Under the pieces are notes generated by a model. That model ran no database searches and was not told the origin of the DNA. It saw only the letters and a program-made list of their open reading frames with translations. Both the position numbers and the translations under genes were made by a program. From Anaerolineae bacterium (GTDB lineage Bacteria; Chloroflexota; Anaerolineae; UBA1429): a stretch of 64,000 nt of DNA. How positions within the stretch are numbered: position 1 is the stretch's first letter; the number at the start of each line of letters is the position of its first letter. This document shows positions 29,548-39,215 of this stretch, piece by piece. The stretch lies in contig OY776562.1 of assembly GCA_963675785.1 (NCBI GenBank), positions 3,040,001-3,104,000 on the forward strand. The letters run 5' to 3'.

Positions 29548-30447
29548 ATGGATCTCCTGCAAGCAGTAATTTATGTCTTGCGCCGCTCGGGTGTGCCCAT
29601 GTCCGTAAAGGATGTGGCTCAGAGCGTGGTCAAGGCGAACCTGGCGGATATCGATCCCCAGCTATCTCTGGATGAGGTTACTGAGGCGCTATATTCTGCC
29701 TGCATCCAGATACCTGGTCCTGTGTGCGAGATTGATGATCGCATCCTCTCTCTTGTCGAGTGGGCGCTTCAGGATCCTCCGGATAACGTTCGCTTGATGG
29801 CAGAGGCGGAACTACAGCCTCAGCCTGAAATGGATGCCGAGACAATTGGGGTGGTGCGCGGTGCGCCCGAAGCCATACCCATGCCTGAATCAGAACCCGA
29901 CGAAGTCGAGCTTCCTGAACCTCCAGAATCCAAACAGCCCCTTGGCTCTCGCATATCCATCACTAATGTGACAGCTCTGGTACAAAATGAACCCGGATAT
30001 CCCTTTTTTGCGCATACACAAGAGTGCCTCAAGACGATATTGGTATGGGGTCTGTTGTGTGTGATCGCAGGCATCGTCAGCCTAATCGTTGGTGGCGCTT
30101 TTTGGCGATCTGCGGGCATTATCTGGTTGGCGGCTGGTTTTGTTCTGGCCGGTTTGGGCCTTTATGAGTTGCGCAAAAACTATATGACCGACCAGGCTGT
30201 TACAGCCGGTGTGCTTAACAAAAAGATGATTAAAAAACAGATTGCCGGATATCGCTTGGGCACGCTCATTGTTCTTGTTGTGGGGGGCGTATTGTTGATT
30301 TTGGGTTTTGTGCTCGGTTGGATTGCCGAATCCGGATCAAATATGCAGGGCTTTGGTTTGGGGATCTTTTCACAGGGCTTTATGGCATTGGTTCTTGTAG
30401 CCTTGGACTGGTGGTATGGTCAGGGAAAAGTCGCTTCTCGCGCATAG
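29548..30447 (+). CDS. Hypothetical protein: HARE-HTH-like N-terminus, acidic Pro-rich linker, ~4 TM helices
   Basis: MDLLQAVIYVLRRSGVPMSVKDVAQSVVKANL resembles HARE-HTH; EPDEVELPEPPE linker; hydrophobic C-terminal half. Confidence 0.6.
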   Translation: MDLLQAVIYVLRRSGVPMSVKDVAQSVVKANLADIDPQLSLDEVTEALYSACIQIPGPVCEIDDRILSLVEWALQDPPDNVRLMAEAELQPQPEMDAETIGVVRGAPEAIPMPESEPDEVELPEPPESKQPLGSRISITNVTALVQNEPGYPFFAHTQECLKTILVWGLLCVIAGIVSLIVGGAFWRSAGIIWLAAGFVLAGLGLYELRKNYMTDQAVTAGVLNKKMIKKQIAGYRLGTLIVLVVGGVLLILGFVLGWIAESGSNMQGFGLGIFSQGFMALVLVALDWWYGQGKVASRA

Positions 30448-30527
30448 CTCGTTCTGCGAATGATTGTTGATTTCGGCACCCTCTGCTTGCGGGCACAGGG
30501 TGCCGTTCTTGCTTTTAGGATGGTTGT

Positions 30528-32846
30528 ATGGGCAAAAAGGTAGTCATTGTTGAATCCCCGGCCAAGGCCAAGACTATTGGCCACTACCTGGGCGATGAAT
30601 TCAGGGTGGTCGCTTCGGTCGGACATGTTCGTGATTTGCCGGCCCGTCGGTTAGGCATTGATATTAAAAAAGAGTTTGCGCCCGACTATGTGGTCGTGCC
30701 TCGCAAAGAAAAGGTCCTGGCCGAGATCCGCAAACAAGTTCAAGACTGTGAGCAGATATACCTGGCGACGGACCCCGACCGTGAAGGAGAGGCTATTGCT
30801 TGGCATGTCGTACAGGCTGTGGGCATTCCCCCAGAAAAGGCAGTGCGTATCTCTTTTGACCAGGTGACCAAGACGGCCGTGCAGGATGCTATGGCCCATC
30901 CGCGACAGATCGACATGCAGCTTGTGGATGCCCAGCAAGCCCGTCGCACGCTCGATCGTCTCGTCGGCTACAAGATCAGTCCGCTTTTAGGAAGGAATCT
31001 CAGCGCTGGACGAGTGCAATCTGTTGCGTTGCGCCTGGTAGTAGAACGTGAGTGCGAAATCGAGAGCTTTGTCCCTCAAGAGTATTGGTCGTTGGATGCG
31101 CTTTTCCGGCGCCGCGAGGGAGATTGCGAGACGTTTACCGCGCATCTGTTCAAAGTGCAAGGAGAGAACCCCGAGTTATCTTCTCGACAAGCTGTCGATG
31201 AGGTCCTGGCTGCATTGGAAGGCGTTGTACATCAGGTCAGCTCGGTCAAGCACGGCCACATCAAAAAGAAGCCCTCTCCTCCTTTTGTTACCAGCACGCT
31301 GCAATCTGAAGCCAGTTCTCGGCTTTATTTCACACCGCGCAAGACCATGCGCGTTGCCCAGCAGCTGTACGAAGGTATTGAATTAGACGGCGAGCGTATC
31401 GGGCTGATCACCTATATGCGTACAGATTCAACGCATGTAGCCCCAGAGGCACAGACAGAGGCGCGGCAGTTGGTGGAGCAAGTCTGGGGCAAAAACTATT
31501 TACCGGCCCAACCACCCAACTATGTTACCAAAGCCAAGTCTGCCCAAGAGGCTCACGAAGCGATTCGACCGAGCTCTATACTTCGTACTCCTAAAGCAAT
31601 GAGCAAGCATTTGGATGCTGACCAGAAAAAACTCTACGAACTCATTTGGAAGCGCTTTGTGGCCAGCCAGATGGCGCCGGCTGAATATGATACGACCACA
31701 GTTGATATTCAGTCCGGGCCGAACTATGTGTTTCGCGCGAATGCGCGCAAGTTAGTCTTCCCCGGATATCTAGCGGTCTATCAGACCGAAGAAGATCAAG
31801 AGGACAAGGAAGATCATCTCCCTCCTTTACACCAGGGTGAGGCACTCGATCTTTTGGAACTGTTGCCTGAACAGCACTTTACAGAGCCACCTCCGCGCTA
31901 TTCTGAGGCGACGCTCATCAAAGAGCTTGAGGCGCGCGGAATCGGGCGGCCATCAACTTATGCCTCTATTGTTATGGTCATTCAGGATCGCGAGTATGTG
32001 AACAAGGAAAAAGGCCGTCTGTATCCCACGGATATAGGTAAGGTTGTGTGTGATGCGCTGGTTGAATCCTTTCCTCGCGAGATGGATTACGGCTATACCG
32101 CCGCAATGGAAAATGAGTTGGACCAAGTGGCTGAGGGCAAGCAGAGTTATATCGAGATGCTCAATGCCTTCTGGGGACCATTTTCTGAGACATTAGCTTC
32201 TGTTGGTAAGGGACTCAAAGAGGCGATCAGTTCGGCCCTATGGGAGGCCGAAACTGGCCGGGTGTATACAGAACAAATGTGTCCGCGCTGCGGCAAGCCG
32301 CTTCAACCCAAGCGCAGCGCCCACGGACTCTTTTTGGGATGCAGCGGCTACCCGGAGTGTGACTATATGGTGGATATGTCTGACCCAAAACATCCCCATG
32401 AAGTTCAGGATGAATATGCTACGGGTGAGGTTTGTGAGCTTTGCGGTGGACGAATGAAAATCATTCGTCGGGGGCAACAAGAATTTCTCGGTTGCGAGCA
32501 TTACCCCAAATGCAAGAACACAAGACCTGTTGGGGGCTTTAGTCCAGAGATTCGGCTTCTAGCTGCGCAAACGCCTTGCCCAGAATGCGGCCATCAGCCT
32601 TTGGAACCCAAGAGCGGACGCTATGGGGAGTATCTATTTTGCCCCTCTTGTAAAAAGAACATCTCGCCCCAAAAGCTGGGACAGGGGAAACAGGCAAAGC
32701 AAGAGGTCGATTTGGCCTGTCCGCACTGTTCTGTCAGGCCCCTGGAATTTCACGAGGGTAGGTATGGGCCATACTATCACTGCCCGGCCTGCGGCAAGAA
32801 TATCTCACAAAAAGCTATGCCACCTGCCGGACAGTCAGAAGTCTAG
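30528..32846 (+). CDS. topA: DNA topoisomerase I (type IA) with C-terminal zinc ribbons
   Basis: VIVESPAKAK, LATDPDREGEAI, SAGRVQS, ITYMRTDS, AQEAHEAIRP, GIGRPSTY. Confidence 0.97.
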   Translation: MGKKVVIVESPAKAKTIGHYLGDEFRVVASVGHVRDLPARRLGIDIKKEFAPDYVVVPRKEKVLAEIRKQVQDCEQIYLATDPDREGEAIAWHVVQAVGIPPEKAVRISFDQVTKTAVQDAMAHPRQIDMQLVDAQQARRTLDRLVGYKISPLLGRNLSAGRVQSVALRLVVERECEIESFVPQEYWSLDALFRRREGDCETFTAHLFKVQGENPELSSRQAVDEVLAALEGVVHQVSSVKHGHIKKKPSPPFVTSTLQSEASSRLYFTPRKTMRVAQQLYEGIELDGERIGLITYMRTDSTHVAPEAQTEARQLVEQVWGKNYLPAQPPNYVTKAKSAQEAHEAIRPSSILRTPKAMSKHLDADQKKLYELIWKRFVASQMAPAEYDTTTVDIQSGPNYVFRANARKLVFPGYLAVYQTEEDQEDKEDHLPPLHQGEALDLLELLPEQHFTEPPPRYSEATLIKELEARGIGRPSTYASIVMVIQDREYVNKEKGRLYPTDIGKVVCDALVESFPREMDYGYTAAMENELDQVAEGKQSYIEMLNAFWGPFSETLASVGKGLKEAISSALWEAETGRVYTEQMCPRCGKPLQPKRSAHGLFLGCSGYPECDYMVDMSDPKHPHEVQDEYATGEVCELCGGRMKIIRRGQQEFLGCEHYPKCKNTRPVGGFSPEIRLLAAQTPCPECGHQPLEPKSGRYGEYLFCPSCKKNISPQKLGQGKQAKQEVDLACPHCSVRPLEFHEGRYGPYYHCPACGKNISQKAMPPAGQSEV

Positions 32847-34228
32847 AGACCGAGTTGCTGATGTATATAGGGCACGGCTTGTACCACGCGATCTTCGGGA
32901 ATAACAAAAGAAACGCTATAGGCAGATGAGGCTTGCCCTAAAGAGATGACGGGTATCTCTAGCGCTGCAAGTGCTGCAAATGCTTTGGGGCCTACATGGC
33001 TATAGACACTATCGGGCATCCCTACAACCGAGACTGTGGCCACTTTTTGTTGAGAGGCGATGCTAGTAACGTGCCCCAGAGCAATTTCCTGCTCGAATTC
33101 GCGTTCTAGCGAATGAACGCTATGAACCTGATCTGATGAGCGAACGACGAGGTTCAGGCTTTGTTCTGAAAAGGATTGGGAGAACATCAACACATCGATG
33201 CTCCGATCGGCAAGGCAGCGTAGCGCCCTTGAGGCCATGTTGAGCGTCCAACCGCGACCATTGCCGTTGATGCCCAGCAGGACGAGGTCCTCGGTAGAGA
33301 TGATGGCCGGATACGCCTGACGGTTGGCATCTGGCGTTTTGCTGATGAGCGTCCCAGGGTCATGGGGTTCAAAGCTGCTCAGGATGCGAAATGGAATATC
33401 TGCCTTGGCCAACGGAGCGACAGTTTTGGGGTGCAATACACTGGCCCCAAAATAGGCCAGCTCTTCCGCTTCTTGATAGGAGAGACAACGTAGGATGTGG
33501 GCATCGGGTACCAGCCGCGGATCAGCTGTCAGAATGCCTTTGACATCCGTCCAAATCAACACCTCGTCGGCATCGAGGCTGGCACCAAGAATGGCCGCAG
33601 AATAGTCACTACCACCTCTGCCAAGAGTGGTGGTGATACCAGCTTCAGTTGCGCCAATAAAGCCAGTGACGACAGCTACATTCCCGCCGGCCACGATGGG
33701 CAGCAGCGTATCGCGTGCGAGCTGTCGGGTAATCTCCATATCAGGGATTGCCTCACCGAATTCATTATCTGTGCGAATGCATTGGGTAGCGCTAACGGCC
33801 TGTGCAGAGATGTTTCGCGAAGCAAGCACGGCTGCCAGAATGCAGGCTGACATGCGCTCTCCCAATGAAGCGACGGCATCACTTCCCCGTCGGGTCAACT
33901 CTCCGAGTGTTTCAATGCTCTCGCAAAGGCGACCGTATTCTACCAGGCGATCCTGAACGGCTTGAGTTACCTCAGCGGCATGTTGCTCTGAGATCAGGGT
34001 ATCGATGACCGCCATGTGCTTTTCTAGTAGCTCGTACTGGATTCGTTCCCACACTTTGTTGCCTTGTGCCGCATCACGGGCCCCTTTTAGCAGGGCATTC
34101 GTGGTGCCGCTCATGGCGGAGACCACCACAACGCGCTCTGGGTCCGGGTTGTTCTCTATGATATCGGCGGTTGCTGCAAAGCGCTCTGCAGAACCAACCG
34201 ACGTCCCCCCGAATTTATGTACAATCAT
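32843..34228 (-). CDS. Aspartate kinase with ACT domains
   Basis: KFGGTSV, VVSAM, GERMS, TTLGRGGSDYSA, WTDV.G..TADP, FGASVLHP. Confidence 0.95.
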   Translation of the reverse strand: MIVHKFGGTSVGSAERFAATADIIENNPDPERVVVVSAMSGTTNALLKGARDAAQGNKVWERIQYELLEKHMAVIDTLISEQHAAEVTQAVQDRLVEYGRLCESIETLGELTRRGSDAVASLGERMSACILAAVLASRNISAQAVSATQCIRTDNEFGEAIPDMEITRQLARDTLLPIVAGGNVAVVTGFIGATEAGITTTLGRGGSDYSAAILGASLDADEVLIWTDVKGILTADPRLVPDAHILRCLSYQEAEELAYFGASVLHPKTVAPLAKADIPFRILSSFEPHDPGTLISKTPDANRQAYPAIISTEDLVLLGINGNGRGWTLNMASRALRCLADRSIDVLMFSQSFSEQSLNLVVRSSDQVHSVHSLEREFEQEIALGHVTSIASQQKVATVSVVGMPDSVYSHVGPKAFAALAALEIPVISLGQASSAYSVSFVIPEDRVVQAVPYIHQQLGL

Positions 34229-34237
34229 AATCTACTC

Positions 34238-35422
34238 CTAGATAGCCGTCAGGGCCTGCGCGATGTCGGCAATGAGATCTTTTGTCGCTTCGATACCGGC
34301 TGCGTAGCGAACGAGCTCGTCGGTGATACCCAAACACTGCCTTTCGTCTGCAGAAAGGCCAAAATGAGACATGAGTGCTGGCTGTTCGACGATGCTTTCT
34401 ACGCCGCCCAGGCTTGGTCCAATATAGGGGATTTGCAGCGCGTCGATAAAGCGTCTGGCACCAGCGGCATCTGTATCCAGTTCAAAGCTTACGACACCAC
34501 CAAAACCCGTCATGATTCTGGATGCCGTTTCATAATCGGGATGGGAAGTGAGACCTGGGTACCATACTTGCTTGATGTGATCATGCCCCTCAAGGAATTC
34601 GGCCAGAGCCTGCCCACTTTTGTTCTGGCGTTCGATCCTGAGCGCCAATGTTTTGAGACCACGCAGTAACAGAAAAGTGTTATGTGGATCAGGTATGGCC
34701 CCCATCATGGCTTGCAGTTCCCGTATCTGGTCGATGGTTTCTTTTTGGCCAATGACCACACCGGAGAGCAGGTCGTTGTGTCCGCCCAGATATTTGGTGG
34801 CGCTGTGAATAACCAAATCAATACCTAGGCTGATGGGCTGAATATTAAAGGGTGTGCCAAAGGTGGTATCAACGATGCTCAAAAGATTATGGGCATGCGC
34901 GATAGCAGTCAGCGCCTGGAGGTCAACCACACGCAAGAAAGGATTAGTAGGTGATTCCGTGAAAATGAGCTTGGTATTGGGGCGGATAGCTGCTTCCAGT
35001 GTTTGCGGCTCATCGATAGGGACGATGGTACATTCTATGCCCATGCGAGCAGCAAAAGTCTGGGAAAACTGACGTGTTCTCCGGTAGCAATCATCAGTAA
35101 CGATATAGTGATCACCGGCAGATAAAAAGGTGAGCAGCGTGCCGGTGATGGCGGCCATACCTGAAGCCAGTAAAAGGGCATCTTCAGCGCCTTCGAGTAT
35201 GGCCAGACGCTGTTCAGCCACACTTTGCGCAGGATTACCGTATCTACCATATTCGCCATGGGCCGGTTTGCGGCCTGCCTGTTTGTCTTCCATAAAGGCA
35301 ATCAAGTCGGCTGTATCAGTAAAGGCATAGGTTGAAGTTTGTACGATAGGCATTGACAGAGCGCCGTATGGCTTCTTTTTTTCCTCACCTGCATGAACGG
35401 TGAGCGTGTCCAGGTTATGCAT
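34238..35422 (-). CDS. metB: Cystathionine gamma-synthase / Cys-Met PLP enzyme
   Basis: YGRYGNP, ASGMAAI, ESPTNP, HSATKYLGGHND, SLGGVES; GGGAGG RBS; downstream of a SAM riboswitch. Confidence 0.85.
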   Translation of the reverse strand: MHNLDTLTVHAGEEKKKPYGALSMPIVQTSTYAFTDTADLIAFMEDKQAGRKPAHGEYGRYGNPAQSVAEQRLAILEGAEDALLLASGMAAITGTLLTFLSAGDHYIVTDDCYRRTRQFSQTFAARMGIECTIVPIDEPQTLEAAIRPNTKLIFTESPTNPFLRVVDLQALTAIAHAHNLLSIVDTTFGTPFNIQPISLGIDLVIHSATKYLGGHNDLLSGVVIGQKETIDQIRELQAMMGAIPDPHNTFLLLRGLKTLALRIERQNKSGQALAEFLEGHDHIKQVWYPGLTSHPDYETASRIMTGFGGVVSFELDTDAAGARRFIDALQIPYIGPSLGGVESIVEQPALMSHFGLSADERQCLGITDELVRYAAGIEATKDLIADIAQALTAI

Positions 35423-35435
35423 AGTGCCTCCCAAT

Positions 35436-35482
35436 AACAAAAAGGGCATCACAGCGCTTATCCAGTGCTGAGATGCCCTTTT
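35436..35482 (-). terminator. Riboswitch expression-platform terminator (second hairpin)
   Basis: Minus strand AAAAGGGCATCTCAGCA-CTGGATAAG-CGCTGTGATGCCCTTTTTGTT. Confidence 0.75.
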
Positions 35483-35520
35483 AAACAAACAAACGGGCTC
35501 GCTCATAGAGGGGCCCGTTA
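35483..35520 (-). terminator. Riboswitch expression-platform hairpin (first hairpin)
   Basis: Minus strand AACGGGC..CTC-TAT-GAG..GCCCGTTTGTTTGTTT. Confidence 0.6.
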
Positions 35521-35530
35521 TGGGTATGTC

Positions 35531-35641
35531 CTCTCATCTTCCAGTCGTAAAAACGACTGCCGGAATTGGCACCTTGGGTAACGGAACGTACAGGTTGCCG
35601 AGGCTTCACAGGGCCGGTCCCTCTGCCTCTCTGGATAAGAG
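35531..35641 (-). ncRNA. SAM-I (S-box) riboswitch
   Basis: Minus strand CTCTTATCCAGAGAGGCAGAGGGACCGGCCCTGTGAAGCCTCGGCAACC...AAGGTGCCAATTCC...GGAAGATGAGAG, canonical S-box consensus, upstream of met genes. Confidence 0.97.
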
Positions 35642-35665
35642 CAAGTAGCCTATTCAATTGAGTCG

Positions 35666-35694
35666 AGTCTATCATTAGGAGAATGTTCTGTCAA
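35666..35694 (-). promoter_or_regulatory. sigma70 promoter of the SAM-riboswitch operon
   Basis: Minus strand TTGACA-N17-TAGACT with TG extension. Confidence 0.7.
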
Positions 35695-35736
35695 GCACAG
35701 TGAAATCACAAGGACAATAGCTGCCCATGCCATAAT

Positions 35737-35807
35737 TTGACCTGTCAAATGTCTGTGGTATACTTGCTTCCTGCCTGACTTGACCATGTTGGGCGTCCGG
35801 TTATAAT
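35737..35807 (+). promoter_or_regulatory. Tandem sigma70 promoters for the tRNA-tuf operon
   Basis: TTGACC-N16-TATACT (35737-35764) and TTGACC-N16-TATAAT (35780-35807). Confidence 0.65.
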
Positions 35808-35822
35808 GAGTGTTGGTAGCAT

Positions 35823-35895
35823 GCCGACGTAGCTCAATCGGCAGAGCAGCGGTTTTGTAAACCGCAGGTTGTGGGTTCAATTCCCCCCGTCGGCT
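35823..35895 (+). tRNA. tRNA-Thr(UGU)
   Basis: Cloverleaf, acceptor GCCGACG/CGTCGGC, anticodon loop TT-TGT-AA, T-loop TTCAATT. Confidence 0.95.
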
Positions 35896-35956
35896 CTGGA
35901 ACCCATAGCGGTTCTACCAACTGCTGTCGGGCGTCTGGTTCAGGCGGCTAAAATGT

Positions 35957-36038
35957 GGGCAGGTACCCTAGCGGCCAAAGGGGACTGACTGTAAATCAGT
36001 TGGCTACGCCTTCGGAGGTTCGAATCCTTCCCTGCCCA
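35957..36038 (+). tRNA. tRNA-Tyr(GUA)
   Basis: GGGCAGG/CCTGCCC acceptor, CT-GTA-AA loop, long variable arm, TTCGAAT. Confidence 0.95.
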
Positions 36039-36078
36039 CCTTTGTCTGTAGGCCATGTTTTGCAGTGGCCTGGCAGGT

Positions 36079-36154
36079 GCCCACGTAGCTCAGTCGGTAG
36101 AGCACGTTCTTGGTAAGAACGGGGTCACAGGTTCAAATCCCGTCGTGGGCTCCA
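36079..36154 (+). tRNA. tRNA-Thr(GGU)
   Basis: GCCCACG/CGTGGGC acceptor, TT-GGT-AA loop, encoded CCA. Confidence 0.95.
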
Positions 36155-36216
36155 TTTTTTTGGGTTGAGGCGAATTAGATCCTCAAAGTGCTGGTTTTTA
36201 AGGAGGGTTCTCTAGG

Positions 36217-37419
36217 ATGGCGAAGCAGGTATTCGAGCGTACCAAGCCACACGTAAACATTGGTACGATTGGGCACGTAGACCATGGGAAGACATCACTG
36301 ACAGCGGCGATCACCAAAGTATTGGCGATGAAGGGTGATGCCAAGTTTCAAGCGTATGATCAAATCGACAACGCGCCGGAAGAAAAAGCGCGAGGACTGA
36401 CGATAGCGATTTCGCACGTTGAGTACGAGACAGACAATCGTCATTATGCGCACGTAGACTGCCCGGGTCACGCGGACTATATCAAGAACATGATTACGGG
36501 TGCGGCGCAGATGGACGGAGCGATTCTGGTAGTAAGTGCGCCAGACGGGCCGATGCCACAGACGCGGGAGCACATCTTGCTGGCGAGGCAGGTAGAAGTG
36601 CCGGCGATGGTGGTGTTCTTGAACAAGTGCGACATGATGGATGACGAAGAGTTGTTGGAACTGGTAGAGCTGGAGCTGCGCGAGCTGCTGACGGACTATG
36701 AGTTTCCTGGCGACGACATTCCTATCATTCGCGGGTCAGCGCTGGATGTATTGGAGTGCGAGTCGACAGATATCAACGATCCGATCTATGCGCCGATCTT
36801 GGAGCTGATGGATGCAGTAGACAGCTACATACCGACGCCGGTGCGAGAAGTCGATCGTCCGTTCCTGATGCCGATTGAGGACGTATTTGGGATCAAGGGA
36901 CGCGGCACGGTAGTGACGGGTCGAATTGATCGCGGCATGGTAAAGACTGGTGACACAGTCGAGATCGTGGGTTTGCGAGAAGACATACGTCAGACAGTAG
37001 TGACGGGTGTAGAGATGTTCCGCAAGACACTGCAGCAGGGGCAGGCAGGAGACAACGTAGGTTGTTTGCTGCGCGGCATAGATCGAGAGCAGGTAGAGCG
37101 CGGGCAGGTACTGGCAGCGCCCAAGTCGATCACACCGCATACGACGTTTCGTGGTGAAGTATACGTATTGAAGAAGGAAGAAGGCGGGCGTCACACGCCG
37201 TTCTTTGATGGATATCGTCCGCAGTTCTTTATTCGGACGATGGACGTAACGGGTGAAGTGCGGTTGGACGAAGGCGTAGAGATGGTAATGCCGGGGGACA
37301 ATGCGAACCTGACAGTAGAGTTGATCACGCCGGTGGCGCTGGAGATAGGCTCGCACTTTGCGATTCGAGAGGGCGGCCGCACAGTGGGTTCGGGCGTTCT
37401 CACCAAGATCATCGAGTAA
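36217..37419 (+). CDS. tuf: Elongation factor Tu
   Basis: [27 protein letters not shown]. Confidence 0.99.
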   Translation: MAKQVFERTKPHVNIGTIGHVDHGKTSLTAAITKVLAMKGDAKFQAYDQIDNAPEEKARGLTIAISHVEYETDNRHYAHVDCPGHADYIKNMITGAAQMDGAILVVSAPDGPMPQTREHILLARQVEVPAMVVFLNKCDMMDDEELLELVELELRELLTDYEFPGDDIPIIRGSALDVLECESTDINDPIYAPILELMDAVDSYIPTPVREVDRPFLMPIEDVFGIKGRGTVVTGRIDRGMVKTGDTVEIVGLREDIRQTVVTGVEMFRKTLQQGQAGDNVGCLLRGIDREQVERGQVLAAPKSITPHTTFRGEVYVLKKEEGGRHTPFFDGYRPQFFIRTMDVTGEVRLDEGVEMVMPGDNANLTVELITPVALEIGSHFAIREGGRTVGSGVLTKIIE

Positions 37420-37427
37420 GGTGAATC

Positions 37428-37592
37428 ATGGCCAAAAAGGCGAACCGTCTCGTGGTAACATTGGCCTGCACAGAGTGCAAGTCTAGGAACTATACGACTG
37501 AGAAGAACCGCAAGAACGATGCGGGTCGTATGGAATTGTTGAAATACTGCCCCAAGTGCCGTAAGCACACAGAGCACCGAGAGCAGCGTTAA
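37428..37592 (+). CDS. rpmG: 50S ribosomal protein L33 (zinc-binding form; absent from the ORF track)
   Basis: [54 protein letters not shown]. Confidence 0.97.
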   Translation: MAKKANRLVVTLACTECKSRNYTTEKNRKNDAGRMELLKYCPKCRKHTEHREQR

Positions 37593-37622
37593 GTCGAGAT
37601 TCTGAGTATCGAGTCTCTTTGC

Positions 37623-37695
37623 AGGCGAGTAGCTCAATTGGCAGAGCAACGGTCTCCAAAACCGTAGGTTGCGGGTTCGATTCCTGCCTCGCCTG
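37623..37695 (+). tRNA. tRNA-Trp(CCA)
   Basis: AGGCGAG/CTCGCCT acceptor, CT-CCA-AA loop; canonical position before secE. Confidence 0.95.
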
Positions 37696-37809
37696 CCTCT
37701 TAATCTATCGGCACCGTTCCTGCTTACGCTAATAGTAGGGTACGGTGTCTTGGTTTGCAGCAAGCTTCCCAGTCTTGCTGATTCGCGTTTAGGACCTGGG
37801 AGTAAGCCG

Positions 37810-38028
37810 ATGGCCAAGCAAGAAGCACAAAAAGTAAAAAAGCAGAATGCGATTGTGCGCTATTTCCGTGAAGTACGCGCCGAAGTTCGCAAGGTGGTCT
37901 GGCCAAGCTGGCAGACGGCTCGTAACCTTAGCTTGATTGTTTTTGGTGTTACTGCGGTGATGAGTGGTCTGTTGGGTGTTGCTGACTGGATCTTTACCAA
38001 AGTGTTTGCCTTGTTTATCCAGGGCTAA
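37810..38028 (+). CDS. secE: Preprotein translocase SecE
   Basis: YFREVRAEVRKVVWP + single TM. Confidence 0.95.
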   Translation: MAKQEAQKVKKQNAIVRYFREVRAEVRKVVWPSWQTARNLSLIVFGVTAVMSGLLGVADWIFTKVFALFIQG

Positions 38029-38059
38029 TTACTGGCTGTCTCTCAAGAGAGGATTCGTC

Positions 38060-38686
38060 ATGGCTGAAGAAGACCGTGACCTTAACGAGGCCCTCCAAGA
38101 GGAGGACTCGACAATCGAAGAGACTGAGGGTCAGGTCGACAAAGAGCCGTCGGTAGATACCTCTGGTTCAGAGTGGTATGTGATTCACAGCTACTCTGGA
38201 TATGAGAATAAGGTCCAGCGCAATCTTCAACAGCGCATTGAGACCATGGGTATGCAGGGCAAGATCTTTCGTGTTGTCGTACCCACAGAGGATCAAGTAG
38301 AGATGCGCGATGGCCAGCGCCGTACAATCAAGCGGCGCGTGTTTCCTGGCTATGTGCTGGTGCAGATGCTTCTTGATGAGGAATCGTGGTACGTTGTGCG
38401 CAATACCCCTGGTGTTACGGGCTTTGTTGGAAATGGCACAACACCACTCCCTCTTTCTGCAGAAGAGGCTGAGGCTATTCTTGGGCGAATGGATGCTGAA
38501 AAGCCTCGTATCAAGATTAGCTTCCGAGTTGGCGAGACGGTTCGTATCACTGAAGGGCCCTTTGCTGATTTTATGGCCGTGGTAGATGAGTTGTATCCGG
38601 ATCGCGGCAAGGTGCGTGTGTTGGTTTCGTTCTTTGGGCGCGAAACACCTGTGGAAATGGACTTTTTGCAGGTGGAGCGAATATAG
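38060..38686 (+). CDS. nusG: Transcription termination/antitermination factor NusG
   Basis: WYVIHSYSGYENKV, FPGYVLV, VRNTPGVTGFVG, FFGRETPVE; acidic N-terminal extension. Confidence 0.98.
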   Translation: MAEEDRDLNEALQEEDSTIEETEGQVDKEPSVDTSGSEWYVIHSYSGYENKVQRNLQQRIETMGMQGKIFRVVVPTEDQVEMRDGQRRTIKRRVFPGYVLVQMLLDEESWYVVRNTPGVTGFVGNGTTPLPLSAEEAEAILGRMDAEKPRIKISFRVGETVRITEGPFADFMAVVDELYPDRGKVRVLVSFFGRETPVEMDFLQVERI

Positions 38687-38737
38687 TGGGCCGCTCTCCG
38701 GCTGAGCTGTCGGTCCAAAGGGAAGAGGTATCATAAG

Positions 38738-39163
38738 ATGGCGAAAAAAGTAGCTGCGATCATCAAGCTGCAAATTCCGGCCGGTAAGGCAAGCCCTGCA
38801 CCTCCTGTGGGCCCTGCTCTTGGCCAGCATGGCGTTAATATCATGCAGTTTGTCAAAGAGTATAATGCTCGCACAGCGAACGATGTGGGAACTATTATCC
38901 CTGTCGAAATCACGGTGTATGCTGATCGCTCTTTCAGTTTTGTCACCAAGACCCCCCCGGCGAAGGATCTGCTGCTCAAAGCAGCTGGTCTGCCCAAGGG
39001 TTCTGGTCGACCCAACACTGAAAAGGTGGGTAAGATCACGCGGGCCCAGGTTCGCGAGATTGCTCAGCTCAAAATGAAGGACCTCAACGCAGTCGATATC
39101 GAAGGCGCAATGCTGCAGATTGAAGGTAGCGCTCGTAGCGCCGGCATTATCGTCGAGGACTAG
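38738..39163 (+). CDS. rplK: 50S ribosomal protein L11
   Basis: [18 protein letters not shown]. Confidence 0.99.
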   Translation: MAKKVAAIIKLQIPAGKASPAPPVGPALGQHGVNIMQFVKEYNARTANDVGTIIPVEITVYADRSFSFVTKTPPAKDLLLKAAGLPKGSGRPNTEKVGKITRAQVREIAQLKMKDLNAVDIEGAMLQIEGSARSAGIIVED

Positions 39164-39172
39164 TTGTTAGCA

Positions 39173-39204
39173 TGTGGGAGGGCCCAGGGCCCGCGAATAC
39201 CACA
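39173..39204 (+). promoter_or_regulatory. L1 autoregulatory RNA site (L1 leader)
   Basis: TGTGG-GAG-GGCCC..GGGCC-CGCGAATA-CCACA asymmetric-loop hairpin just before the rplA RBS. Confidence 0.7.
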
Positions 39205-39215
39205 AGGAGAAAATA

